Positions 28,990-39,000 of a stretch of DNA of 64,000 bases are shown in pieces. A model generated the notes under the pieces. That model made no database searches, was not told where the DNA came from, and saw nothing but the letters and a program-made list of their open reading frames with translations. This stretch comes from a virus, in IMG/VR virus record IMGVR_UViG_3300001567_000262, positions 69,336 through 133,335 of that record, one strand, 5' to 3'. A program made the position numbers and the translations under genes. Numbering within the stretch: the stretch's first letter is position 1; each line of letters begins with the position of its first letter.

Positions 28990-30081
28990 TCATCCCTCCG
29001 GAAAACCGCCGATAAACTGCCGGTATTCCGCCGATAAACCGTAGCGCCTTGCTTTGTTGGATGAATCCGCGACGATCAGCCATCCTTCCACCACCCACCG
29101 AGACAAAAGATCTCTGGTCTGCCTATCGCTTAAACCAAGGGAGCTGGCCACTTGGCGCGTTGCAACAGTTGTGCTCTCGGAAAAAAGGCCAAGAACAATT
29201 CGGGCTCTGCGATCAAGATTTCTTAAAAGTGGAGCGTCTATCGGCTTTTCCTTTGCCTTTGCCATGACTTCAGCTGAAACACGCTGAAACACCTCGGCCA
29301 TCGAGTGTGCGAAATATTCCAGCCAGGATGTAATATCTGCCTTGTCGCGTCCGTCGTAATAATTGTGTTTTGGATGTGTTTGCAGCGCCCTGTAATAACC
29401 ATCAAGATCATCGGCATAGAATTCTTCAAGACTGAAGTATTTTCCGAGATCGTACCCGCCTCGATAAAGAATCCATGTCGCAAGCATCCTGGCCGTGCGC
29501 CCGTTGCCGTCATAAAAGGGATGTATTGTTACGAACTGATAATGCAAAACTCCGGCGATAACAGGAACGGGAATCTCTTCTTTTTCGGATTTTGCCAGCC
29601 ATTTGAACAATTCCTTCATCAGGGGTGCCACGTCTTTCGCTTCCGGGGGAAGATATACAATCGCACCGGTGGCGGCATCTCGAATAACGTTCTGATCCTT
29701 TCGATATATTGTCGCCTTGGCTCTGGGGCCTTTGTGGATAATGGCGTGAAGTATTCTGACGCGCTCTTCCGTTATTTCAATTCCGGTTTCCGCCCATTCT
29801 TCCACCTTCTGAAGCGAGTTGTAATAATTTTTCACTTCAACAACGTCCCGTTCTTTTCCTTTTAACTTCTTTTCTCCCTCCAATACTTCCTTTGCTTCTT
29901 TAAGCGTTAGTCGATTTCCCTCAATTCGCGTTGAATAATGAGTGGATCGAACGCGCGCCCGCTTACGCAGTGATTCAGAAGTCGAAGGATGCAAGACCGC
30001 GACGCCGACAGCTTTCCGCGCAGCTTCAATCGTCATTAAATCCCGTACTATCTTGTTCGTGAATTTGTATTTATAAGACAT
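28990..30081 (-). CDS. Fic family protein with internal inhibitory helix and C-terminal HTH
   Basis: STHYSTRIEGN, HPFYDGNGRTAR; C-terminal VASSLGLSDRQTRDLL HTH; likely start ATG 30081 with GAGGGG SD. Confidence 0.9.
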   Translation of the reverse strand: MSYKYKFTNKIVRDLMTIEAARKAVGVAVLHPSTSESLRKRARVRSTHYSTRIEGNRLTLKEAKEVLEGEKKLKGKERDVVEVKNYYNSLQKVEEWAETGIEITEERVRILHAIIHKGPRAKATIYRKDQNVIRDAATGAIVYLPPEAKDVAPLMKELFKWLAKSEKEEIPVPVIAGVLHYQFVTIHPFYDGNGRTARMLATWILYRGGYDLGKYFSLEEFYADDLDGYYRALQTHPKHNYYDGRDKADITSWLEYFAHSMAEVFQRVSAEVMAKAKEKPIDAPLLRNLDRRARIVLGLFSESTTVATRQVASSLGLSDRQTRDLLSRWVVEGWLIVADSSNKARRYGLSAEYRQFIGGFPEG

Positions 30082-30143
30082 CAGCAGCCCCCTCAAAACC
30101 TGACGTTCTTATTATACAACAGAAAAAGCAGTTTGTGAACAGA

Positions 30144-30176
30144 CCGCCGATAAACCGCCATTAAACCGCCGATAAA
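30144..30176. repeat. Three tandem 11-bp repeats CCGCC(GA/AT)TAAA upstream of the Fic gene; same unit twice at 29006 and 29028
   Basis: ccgccgataaa ccgccattaaa ccgccgataaa read directly. Confidence 0.8.
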
Positions 30177-30709
30177 TCAAGGCTGATATTTTGATTTATG
30201 CCATACACCTCTCGGAAATAAACAAAACGAAAAACTTCCGTCGCATTTTATTGTAGGCGAGAGATAAATGTCGCGATAAACCCAATTCACTCATCAGCAA
30301 CACCGTCGCATTTGACGAAAAATACGACGGTGCCGGAGACCTCCGGCCCTCGCGGACAGAGCCTCAGACATCGCCGGAGAAACACACATAACAAGTAGTC
30401 CAGGATAGCCAGCGCGGGAAAGACCTTCCCCCGCTGGCAATGAACCTTGATAACTGAATCGAAGCAACCGCACCGTTTGCGCACGGTCGCGCACCGTTTC
30501 GCGCCTGTCGCGTTTTGTTGACCGGATCGAGGCATTGATCGGCATCGCGGCAAAAACGAAATTTCAAAGCTCGCAAGGGGTCTCCGAGCAATTTCGAGCG
30601 CCCTGTTTTTCCCGACGGCAGGGTTCCCCATTTTCGGCCTTTGCCCCAGAGAGAAAAGAGACCGGCAAGCGGCCTCTTTGAATCTCGAATGTCGGCGCGG
30701 AACATAGTT

Positions 30710-31027
30710 CTACCCCGGTTCCAGATGGAAGTCATCGACGGCTTCGGCGCTCTTTATCTCGCCCTCTACCTCTCGGAATATGTCGCGGAGCTTGAAGGCA
30801 ATGTTGGCAGTCTGTCCGCCGACACACGAAACGAGGATGAAGTCCGTATTGTAAGACTTCCCGTCCATCCAGCCGCCGATGCAAACCGATTCCCCGGAAC
30901 AAAACATTCCCATGTGGGACGCTTTCAGGTTCTCGAACGAGTCACCGCGCTTCACATAAGGACGGAGGAGCCGCTTTGCGAGTTCACGCGCCGCCTGTTC
31001 TGTTTCGTAGGAAATATGTGATTCCAT
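30710..31027 (-). CDS. Hypothetical protein downstream of the tyrosine recombinase
   Basis: 105-aa ORF 12 nt after the recombinase stop, GGAG SD. Confidence 0.55.
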   Translation of the reverse strand: MESHISYETEQAARELAKRLLRPYVKRGDSFENLKASHMGMFCSGESVCIGGWMDGKSYNTDFILVSCVGGQTANIAFKLRDIFREVEGEIKSAEAVDDFHLEPG

Positions 31028-31039
31028 GCGGCGCTCCCT

Positions 31040-31948
31040 TCAGATGGTTTCCAACGCCTGTTGCAAAGCTTCAGACGGCACATGGGCGTAGATGGTCGTC
31101 GTTGAGATGTGCCGGTGTCCGAGACCCTGCTGCACCAGAGCGAGGTTCCCGGTCCGCTCGAGCAGACTGGTGGCGAACGTGTGGCGCAGACCGTGGACGG
31201 AGATGTTCTTCTCGATCCCCGCGTCGGCAAGCCACTCATCGAACGAGCGTTGCACCTGCCGGACAGACAGGCGTCGTCCCTGATTGCTTACGAACAGCGC
31301 GCGGGTTTCAACCGGCATTTTCCGGCGCTGTTTCAGATACACATCGAGATTTCTCCGGCTTTGGGCGTTCAGAAAACGAATCCCCTTGTGTCCTCCCTTG
31401 GCAAAGACAGTGATTTTCTTCTCCGCAAGATTCACGTCATCGACGCTGAGATGGACAAGTTCGGAGACACGGATGCCGGTGTTGAGAAAGAGGCTCACAA
31501 TGGCAAAGTCACGGAAGGCTTTCTTCCCCCTCGTATTCGAGATGGCCTTGAGGAGCCTCTTTTTCTCGACATCGGTAAGCACGTCCGGCGCGGGTCGTTC
31601 CACGTGCCGGATGCGTATGGAGGCTGTGGGATTGGACGGGATGTGGCCGGACGCGGCGAGCCAGTTAAAGAAGGACTTCAACGAGGTCTTCACCTTGTTT
31701 ACGGAGCCTTCGCTTTTAAGGCCGCCGTCCGCCATGCGGGTCACCGATGGGGACACGAGGAACTCGTTCAATATATCCGCTGTAACTCCGGAGACCACCG
31801 GGCATTGGAGACGGTCCGCAAGGAACCGCTCCAATTGCCCGAGGTCACGGAGGTACGATGCGACCGTATGCGGTGAACGCCCGTCAGCCCGCAGTTTCGT
31901 CTCGAAGAGTTCAATCGCCCTGCGGGGCGTCAGCGGCGTTTCCGGCAT
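31040..31948 (-). CDS. Tyrosine recombinase (XerC/XerD-like integrase)
   Basis: SAM-like N-domain; TGIRVSEL (R), KGG (K), HGLRHTFAT (HxxR), LGHRHISTTTIY (H,Y). Confidence 0.92.
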   Translation of the reverse strand: MPETPLTPRRAIELFETKLRADGRSPHTVASYLRDLGQLERFLADRLQCPVVSGVTADILNEFLVSPSVTRMADGGLKSEGSVNKVKTSLKSFFNWLAASGHIPSNPTASIRIRHVERPAPDVLTDVEKKRLLKAISNTRGKKAFRDFAIVSLFLNTGIRVSELVHLSVDDVNLAEKKITVFAKGGHKGIRFLNAQSRRNLDVYLKQRRKMPVETRALFVSNQGRRLSVRQVQRSFDEWLADAGIEKNISVHGLRHTFATSLLERTGNLALVQQGLGHRHISTTTIYAHVPSEALQQALETI

Positions 31949-32321
31949 CGGCGTCTGTTCCCTCCTGTGCGCGTCCTTTCTTCATCTCGGATTTCGGAAG
32001 CGGGACTTCCGTGAGGTATCCATGCTCCTGCGCCCAGACGAGCATCATGCGGAACACGCGCTTGTTCTGGGTCACCGTTATTTCGCTCTTCGCCTTGCCG
32101 TTCGGCTTCTTGAGAAGCGCGTCGGACTTGAAGAATGTTCCGATGGTCGCCGGGGTGAGTTTGCCGAGCGGCTTGTCCGCGCCGAAGTGGGTGGCGACGT
32201 TCTCGAGGCACCGTCCGTACACCGCGACCGTGCGCTCGTTCTTGCCCTCGTCCGTCAGATACTTCAGGAATGCGGGGATTGCTTTCTCAAACGTGATTTC
32301 CTTCGCTTTTTTCGTAGCCAT
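31911..32321 (-). CDS. Stand-alone integrase N-terminal SAM-like domain protein
   Basis: AIPAFLKYL..EGKNERTVAVYGRCL...RVFRMMLVWA; AGGAGG SD before ATG 32321; no catalytic domain. Confidence 0.7.
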   Translation of the reverse strand: MATKKAKEITFEKAIPAFLKYLTDEGKNERTVAVYGRCLENVATHFGADKPLGKLTPATIGTFFKSDALLKKPNGKAKSEITVTQNKRVFRMMLVWAQEHGYLTEVPLPKSEMKKGRAQEGTDADAGNAADAPQGD

Positions 32322-32417
32322 TGTGTATGGCCTCCTTTTGTTTTTGTTCTTTCTCTTTCGCCGGGTCTTGACCCGTTTGTAAAACCGCGTTTCGCCTCCT
32401 TTCGTTGTAATCGCGGT

Positions 32418-32455
32418 CACATGTTGGAGCCGGGGCGCGGATAAGCCAAGCCAAT
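32418..32455 (-). promoter_or_regulatory. Putative sigma70-type promoter (TTGGCT-N17-CAACAT) for the recombinase operon
   Basis: Near-identical to the element at 62501-62537. Confidence 0.45.
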
Positions 32456-32530
32456 TTCAAAAAAAAGATTTGGGGCAATCCGGGGGCGCAATTTTCAAAG
32501 CGCAAAAGGACATCTGAAGGTGATTCGCGG

Positions 32531-34111
32531 GTGGACTTTTTCCCGCGGCGGGGTTGCCCGATTCCAGGAGACAGTTTGAACAACATCGAAATGCCAAAAG
32601 ACCATCGCGCCATCGGACGCATTCTGCGCAACCCGCGGCTCTGGGGAGAACACTACCTCAAGGACCGCGACGGCGGCGCGCGCCGCTATTGGGCGCATCA
32701 GAATGAAGACTTGGAATGCCCGGCGACAAACATCATCCATCTCGACGGGCGCGATTCCGGGAAGACGGTCGACATCGCCACGCTTGCTCTCCATCACGCG
32801 TTCGTAAAGCAAGGCGGCTCCGTTCTGGTTGCCGCGCCGCATCAGGGCCCGGTGGAAACCATCGTCGAGGAAGTCGAGTTCCAGATCGAGAACAACTCCG
32901 ACTTGCAGTCGAGCATCGCGGTCAATGCGCAGGGACGCCCGAAGATCACCCGGAAGCCTTATTTCAAAATCGAGTTCACGACCGGCGCGGTGATTTACTT
33001 CCGACCGGCTGGCGCTTACGGCGATCCGTTCCGGTCATTGCACGTCGATCTGGTTCTTGTCGACGAGGGCGCCTGGCTCACTGAGAAAGCATGGAAGGCG
33101 CTGAGGCAATGCCTGAAGGCAGGCGGTCGGATGCGGATTTATTCGACGCCGAACGGTCTGCGCGACACGACCTATTACCGGCTCACGCATTCAAAGAAGT
33201 GGAAAGTTTTCAGATGGCCGTCATGGCTGAATCCGAACTGGACGCCCGAGCGCGAGGATGAACTCGTCGAGTTCTACGGCGGCAGGGACACGGCGGGATG
33301 GCAGCACGAGGTCGTGGGCGAACATGGCCGTCCCAGCTACGGCGCGTTCAATCTCGAACATCTCACCATCTGCCGACAGAACATTCCGGAGTATGAGTGC
33401 GTCGAGATCACCGGCGAGGAACTGAAAGATTGCGAGAACGAGGAAGCGGTCGCCGAACGGCTGGACATGCTTCTCAACCTCGCGCCTGCGGAAGGGCTGT
33501 TCTATGTCGGGGGCGATTTGGGGTATACCAACGACCCGACGGAAATCGTCATCTTCAGAGAGGTGTCGGAAAATGAAAAACCTGTTCTTCGTCTTGTGCG
33601 CCGCATTCACATGGAGCATGTGGCCTATCCTCATATTGCCCTTGCAATCGCTTTGATAGACAGATATTTCAATGCCGCCGGGATTGGCGTGGATGCGGGC
33701 GGCAACGGACTCTCCGTGGTTCAGGAATTGACCGCGCTGGATAAATATAAGGAACAGAATCTCGCGCCGCGGCTTCGCGGATACAACTTCGGAAGCTCCG
33801 TGGTCATCGGCGAGAACGACGGGCAGGAAATCAAAAAGAGATGCAAGGAATACATGACGGCCCTGATCAACAAGGGATTCCAGGCGCGTCAGATCATACT
33901 TCCCGATTCGGATGTCGAGATCGAAAGCCAGTTCACCACACACACGTATTCAATGAAAACGGGGAACGTCATTTATTCGAAAGGTAATGATCACATAATC
34001 GACGCCGTGCGATGCGCCGTGATCGTTCGGGAACAGGAACGGCTGGACGGGATAGGCGGCGTCCTGGGCGACCTGCCTCTGCCCGTCATGACCAATCCGA
34101 TATTCATTTAA
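32531..34111 (+). CDS. terL: Phage terminase large subunit
   Basis: HLDGRDSGKT Walker A, LVLVDEG Walker B, YSTPNG, GGDLGYTND and NDHIIDAVR RNase H-fold nuclease motifs; start may be ATG 32590. Confidence 0.88.
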   Translation: MDFFPRRGCPIPGDSLNNIEMPKDHRAIGRILRNPRLWGEHYLKDRDGGARRYWAHQNEDLECPATNIIHLDGRDSGKTVDIATLALHHAFVKQGGSVLVAAPHQGPVETIVEEVEFQIENNSDLQSSIAVNAQGRPKITRKPYFKIEFTTGAVIYFRPAGAYGDPFRSLHVDLVLVDEGAWLTEKAWKALRQCLKAGGRMRIYSTPNGLRDTTYYRLTHSKKWKVFRWPSWLNPNWTPEREDELVEFYGGRDTAGWQHEVVGEHGRPSYGAFNLEHLTICRQNIPEYECVEITGEELKDCENEEAVAERLDMLLNLAPAEGLFYVGGDLGYTNDPTEIVIFREVSENEKPVLRLVRRIHMEHVAYPHIALAIALIDRYFNAAGIGVDAGGNGLSVVQELTALDKYKEQNLAPRLRGYNFGSSVVIGENDGQEIKKRCKEYMTALINKGFQARQIILPDSDVEIESQFTTHTYSMKTGNVIYSKGNDHIIDAVRCAVIVREQERLDGIGGVLGDLPLPVMTNPIFI

Positions 34112-34124
34112 AAGGAAGCACGGA

Positions 34125-34484
34125 ATGACCGATCAGGAACTCATAAAAGAAAAAATGGAGAGCGTCACGGACCTGCTGTTACGGAAAAACCGCGACTATG
34201 GCAGCAGCTTCCGAAAGCCCGGCATTCTCTCCGGAGCTCTCGACGCGAAATCAAAACTGCTCGTCCGCATCGACGACAAACTCGAGAGGTTAGGAAACCT
34301 GCTCGACAAAGGAACGGACGGAGACGTGCCGAATGAAAGCATGTCCGACACCGTGACCGATCTCATCGGCTATTTCGTTCTCGTCGGAATTCTGCTCGAT
34401 GAACAGAGACAGGCCGGACGCCCCATGAGCGTTGCCGAAGCGCAGGGGCGACAGGACAACACGCAAACCGGAGCAACCGAGTGA
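34125..34484 (+). CDS. DUF1599 / nucleotide-modification-associated domain 1 (Nmad1)-like protein
   Basis: LLRKNRDYGSSF...LLVRIDDKLERL..L...ESMSDTVTDLIGY signature. Confidence 0.8.
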   Translation: MTDQELIKEKMESVTDLLLRKNRDYGSSFRKPGILSGALDAKSKLLVRIDDKLERLGNLLDKGTDGDVPNESMSDTVTDLIGYFVLVGILLDEQRQAGRPMSVAEAQGRQDNTQTGATE

Positions 34485-36019
34485 AAAAAAACAACGGGAA
34501 CAACAACCGGCATCGAAGCGGCAACAATACCACGGGTCTGACCATGATCGGCTCGAATATGGGAACAGCCGCCGAACTGAACTCCTCCGCGTTCAGTGCT
34601 CAGTCCGTGAGCGACGCCATCCCGAAAACGTTTGAGGAGCGCGCGGCCAAGGCATGGCAGTTCTACACCGAGGAGCCCATCGTCCAGAACGCGATCAACT
34701 CATGGCGCACGTTCGCCATCGGAGATGAAATCCAGTTCAACTGCGACGACGAGGACGTGAAATGGGAAGCCCGCGAGTTCGCCGCCCGCGTGCAGTTGAA
34801 CAAACTCATCAAGGACAGCGTCCTCCAATGCCTCGTTAAGGGCGAGACCGTCTGTTTCAAACGCCCCACAAAAGACGGCAAGGACATCGAGGAAGTGGTC
34901 TGCGTAAATCCGATCAGCGTGAAGGTGAAATACGAGAACGGCAAACTCGTCGAAGCGAAGCAGACGCCTGAAACCGGAAGCGGCGAGCCGATTGATCTGC
35001 CGCTCGAGCAGACCCTGCACATCAAGTGGAACGCGCCGTCCTATTCTCCCCGGGGCAATTCGATGGTTGTTACGGCGTTCGAGTCAATCGAACTGCTGAG
35101 GGACTACCGCAGTGCCGAGCGCGCCGTCGCCAAGCGATGGACGACTCCGCTCCGGTTCATACAGGTTGGCGGGCAGTTCGGACAGAAGACCATCGTACCC
35201 GATCAGCGGAGTCTGAATAGTGTTCGGGACATGCTTAACCGGATGGATATGAAGGCGGGACTCGTCGTTCCGTTCTATGTGAAGGCAGAGACTTACGGTA
35301 CCGAGGGACAGGTGCTGGATACCGAAAAGAAAATCAAGGAAATAAAGGAAGACATCATCATCGCGCTCGGGCTGGCAAAATCTCTGATCACCGGCGACGG
35401 CCCTAACTTCGCAACCGCGTCCATCGGCATGCAGAAGATGATCGTCATGCTGAAAGAAATCAAACAGGTCGCACGCGACATCCTGAACTGGATTTTCGCG
35501 GACTGGCAGAAGCTCAAAGGATACGAGGAAAAAAACATCAATTACATCTTCAACGATCTCGATCTGACGAACGAGGTGGACTTGAAAAAGCTGTACATCG
35601 AACTCTTCGACCGCAAACTCATCTCGAAGAACAGCCTTCAGATCAAGATGGACCTGAATCCGGAAGTGGAAGATTCACAAACACAGGCCGAGTCAAAGAA
35701 ACCGTATGATCTTTCGGACAATAAAACGGCGGAAACGGTTATGAAGTTCTTGGAATCCGGTGTCATTTCAATTGGAAAGGCGCAGGAATTGTTCGGCTTC
35801 GATAAAGAAAAAGACCGCCCGGCTACCGCCGACTGGAATTACAGGCCGCCCATGGTTACCGGCGCGGTGGAGTTCGACACGATCTGTGACGAGTGTGAGT
35901 TTTTCGACGATGAAAATAACTGGTGCGACGCGAACAACCGGGACACCCGGTTCGATTCCCGCGCCTGCACCTCGTTCGAAAGAAAACGCGCAAAGGAAGG
36001 ATGCGGATGCAAGCAGTAG
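34481..36019 (+). CDS. Phage portal protein
   Basis: 512 aa after terL; CLVKGET, VCVNPISV, NFATASI, helical stem; Cys-rich C-terminal tail. Confidence 0.75.
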   Translation: MKKNNGNNNRHRSGNNTTGLTMIGSNMGTAAELNSSAFSAQSVSDAIPKTFEERAAKAWQFYTEEPIVQNAINSWRTFAIGDEIQFNCDDEDVKWEAREFAARVQLNKLIKDSVLQCLVKGETVCFKRPTKDGKDIEEVVCVNPISVKVKYENGKLVEAKQTPETGSGEPIDLPLEQTLHIKWNAPSYSPRGNSMVVTAFESIELLRDYRSAERAVAKRWTTPLRFIQVGGQFGQKTIVPDQRSLNSVRDMLNRMDMKAGLVVPFYVKAETYGTEGQVLDTEKKIKEIKEDIIIALGLAKSLITGDGPNFATASIGMQKMIVMLKEIKQVARDILNWIFADWQKLKGYEEKNINYIFNDLDLTNEVDLKKLYIELFDRKLISKNSLQIKMDLNPEVEDSQTQAESKKPYDLSDNKTAETVMKFLESGVISIGKAQELFGFDKEKDRPATADWNYRPPMVTGAVEFDTICDECEFFDDENNWCDANNRDTRFDSRACTSFERKRAKEGCGCKQ

Positions 36020-39000
36020 CTGTTGAAAAAACACTGCGCGACCGGATTGTCGAGGCGACGCTCGTGTCTTTGCACGAACGCGACCTCTATTCCGAACAGA
36101 CGGTGTCCCGCGTCCTGGATTCGCTTCAACGCTCCGAAAAGGACGTTAAGGCGAGCCTTCTTTATTACGCAAACCTCGGTTCACTTCCCGAGGGCAAAGC
36201 AATAAATCAGGTGTCGCTCCGGAAACTCCAACAGCAGATCAGGGAACACATCCGCACCGTCCGCGATGAACATTCACTCATCATGAAGACCGCCGTCAAG
36301 GAGAGTTACAGGTCGGGCATTCACAGCGGCATCGGCGATCTCGTCCGGGCACAGATGCCGTTTTACCGCGACCTCACGCCGGATGGCATAAAACAATGCG
36401 GCAGCAACATCTTCACGCTCATCGACAAAGACGCGCTGGACTTCATGGCGAACTACAACGTGCAGCTCGCCGGGGACGTGTCCCGCGAATTGACTGACGG
36501 GATCAACCGCGCGATCCAGACAGGCATCGCCTCCGGCCGCAGTGTCCCGGAAATCGCGAAAGACATCGGGCGCGTGGTCAAAGACCCAGAAGAATTCAGA
36601 AAAGCAGGAAAGACCGTTTTCAAGACGGCGCAGTACCGGATGGAAATGATCGCCCGAACGGAAACTCTACGGGCGCACAATCAGGGCCGCATGAAGTTTT
36701 ACAACACGGTCGGCGTGACGAAAGTCGAATGGATGGCTGTCGGTGACGAGCGTGAATGCCCCGTGTGCCGGGAACTGGACGGGAAAATATTCCCGATAGA
36801 CAAAGTGCCGAATATTCCCGCTCATCCACATTGCCGGTGCCAGATTCTGAACGCCTATCCATCCGACATCTGCGGCGCTAAACATCTCGGCGCAACCGCC
36901 GCGCCCGCGGAAGCCGCCTGCATCCTGTCGCCGCAGACCATCGAGGATATGGCGAAGGAAAAACAGTCCGAGGCAATCAAGATCGGGCAGTACATGTCAA
37001 AAGGCGAATGGGAGAAACTCACAATCAAGCAGCTTCAGGATCAGGCCAAGGCGAACGGCATCTCCATCGCCCGAACCAAGGCCGACTTCCTCGATATTCT
37101 CAAACAGAAAACCGGAACCGATTTCTCGCACCTGTCCGGCAAAGACCTGCAGGCGCTCATAAAAGAAAACAAAATCGCCGCCCTGCGAAACAAAGACGAC
37201 CTGATCAATCTGTTGAAGGCGAAAGCAAAACAGGAACAAGCGCCGGATTTCGCTTCCATGCCGGTGTCGAAATTGAAGGAACTCGCGCAGGAAAAAGGAA
37301 TCTCCCTCAACCTTACCAAACAGGAAGTCATCGACATCCTCGATGTGCTGGAACCCGGCGTGGACCACAGCGGTCTGTCCGGGCAGGCGCTCATCGAGGC
37401 GAAAACGAAATTCAATCTCCCGATCCTCAAAACCAAGGAACACCTCGTCAAGGCGCTGGAGAAAAACTTTAAAGAGGAAATCGGAAAGAAGGTCACGAAG
37501 GAAGCCGTCGTTCAGGTCGCAGAGGAAACAATCAAAAAGGAAAAGGACCAGATCGTCTCCCTGCTGGACGCCGTGAAGGTGTCCGCCGACCCGAAGGATT
37601 ACCAGTCGGTTCTCTCCGCGATCAAGGACGCAGAATCATACCTCGGTAAAGGCGGGTTCTCCGTCGACGACGCTTACCTGAAAGAGAAAGCGTCTGAAAT
37701 CGTAAAAAAGAAAGCAGAGTTCAAGGCAAAGATTCAGGCGATGAATTCGAAGGAATTGAAAGACCTCGCCAAGCAGAGCAAGATCACGCACTGGCAATGG
37801 GGATCGAAAGACGATTTCATCGCGCTTTTCACCGAGACGGACGACGCGGCAATTCAGGCCGCGAAGGACGGCATCGAAACCAAGTGGGCGAAGTGGGCCG
37901 AGAAATATGGAAAGAAGCCCGCCGCTGGAGTCCAGGCGCCGCCGCCCAAAGCGCCGCCGAAACACACGCCGCAACCGGCCCCGGAGCCGGTCGCGCCGAC
38001 AGTCCTTCAAAAACCGCACGCGGACCTGTCCTCCGGTTTCGCAAAAGTCGATTCCGACTGGGACACGCTGGACAAGGCAAAGGCTTTCAAATATTCGAAG
38101 GACGCGAAATCGCTCGGCGGCGCGCACGAGAAATATACCTATATTGACGAACACGGTGACGAGTGGCTTTTCAAACCAACGGATAAATTCATCGCGCACG
38201 GCGAAGAGATGGGCTACCGAATCGCCCGGCTTATTGATCCCGATGCCGTCGAGGTGCGTTTCATCGAAATTGACGGGCGCTCCGGCTCCATCCAGCGACT
38301 GGTTAAGAACGTCAAATCAGAGGCGTCGTTCCGGGACATCCCCATCGGCAAGCTGTCTCCTTCAGAGATCGAGGCCGTCCAGCGCGAACATATTCTCGAC
38401 TGGCTCATCTCGAACCACGACGCGCACGCCAAGCAATTTGTCCGCGCCGCGGACGACAAAGTTTATGGAATCGACAAAGGCCAGACGTTCAAGTTTCTCG
38501 GCAAGGATAAACTCGGCATTTCTTACCATCCGAATTCGATGGAGGCCGAGCCGATCTACAACACGCTGTTCCGGGCATATCAGAACGGCGAGATCGACAT
38601 TGACCTGCAGGCGGCGCTCAAAACCATCCAGCGCATCGAGAAAATTCCGGACTCTGAATATACAGAAATCATCCGGCCCTACATCGAGGGACGTTTCGGG
38701 GCAAAGGCAAGCGCCGCGAAAGACGAGTTCTACCGGCTGGCGCTGGAGCGCAAAAACAACATCCGCCGTGACTTCGAGAAGTTTTATAACGACCTGCACA
38801 AGGCGCGCTTCAAAGCCGAGTTCCGGTTCCAGGACGACGTTAAAACGATGCGGAAGCTGTCCGGGGAAGACGAGACGATTCTGCGCGACGCGCAGGCGAT
38901 GAAGGGTCAGGGAAAAGCCATGCGCCTCGACGTTGACGACATCGAGGATCAGAACGCGCTCGTTTTCACACAAAAAAACATGCAGGGCAAAGAAGAAACG

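Noticed and set aside
30287-30700. Short ORFs and CGCACCGTTT-type repeats (about 30469-30500) between the Fic gene and the recombinase operon, as a possible att site or gene
   Set aside because: No coding signature, and no matching second copy found elsewhere in the window to define attL/attR.
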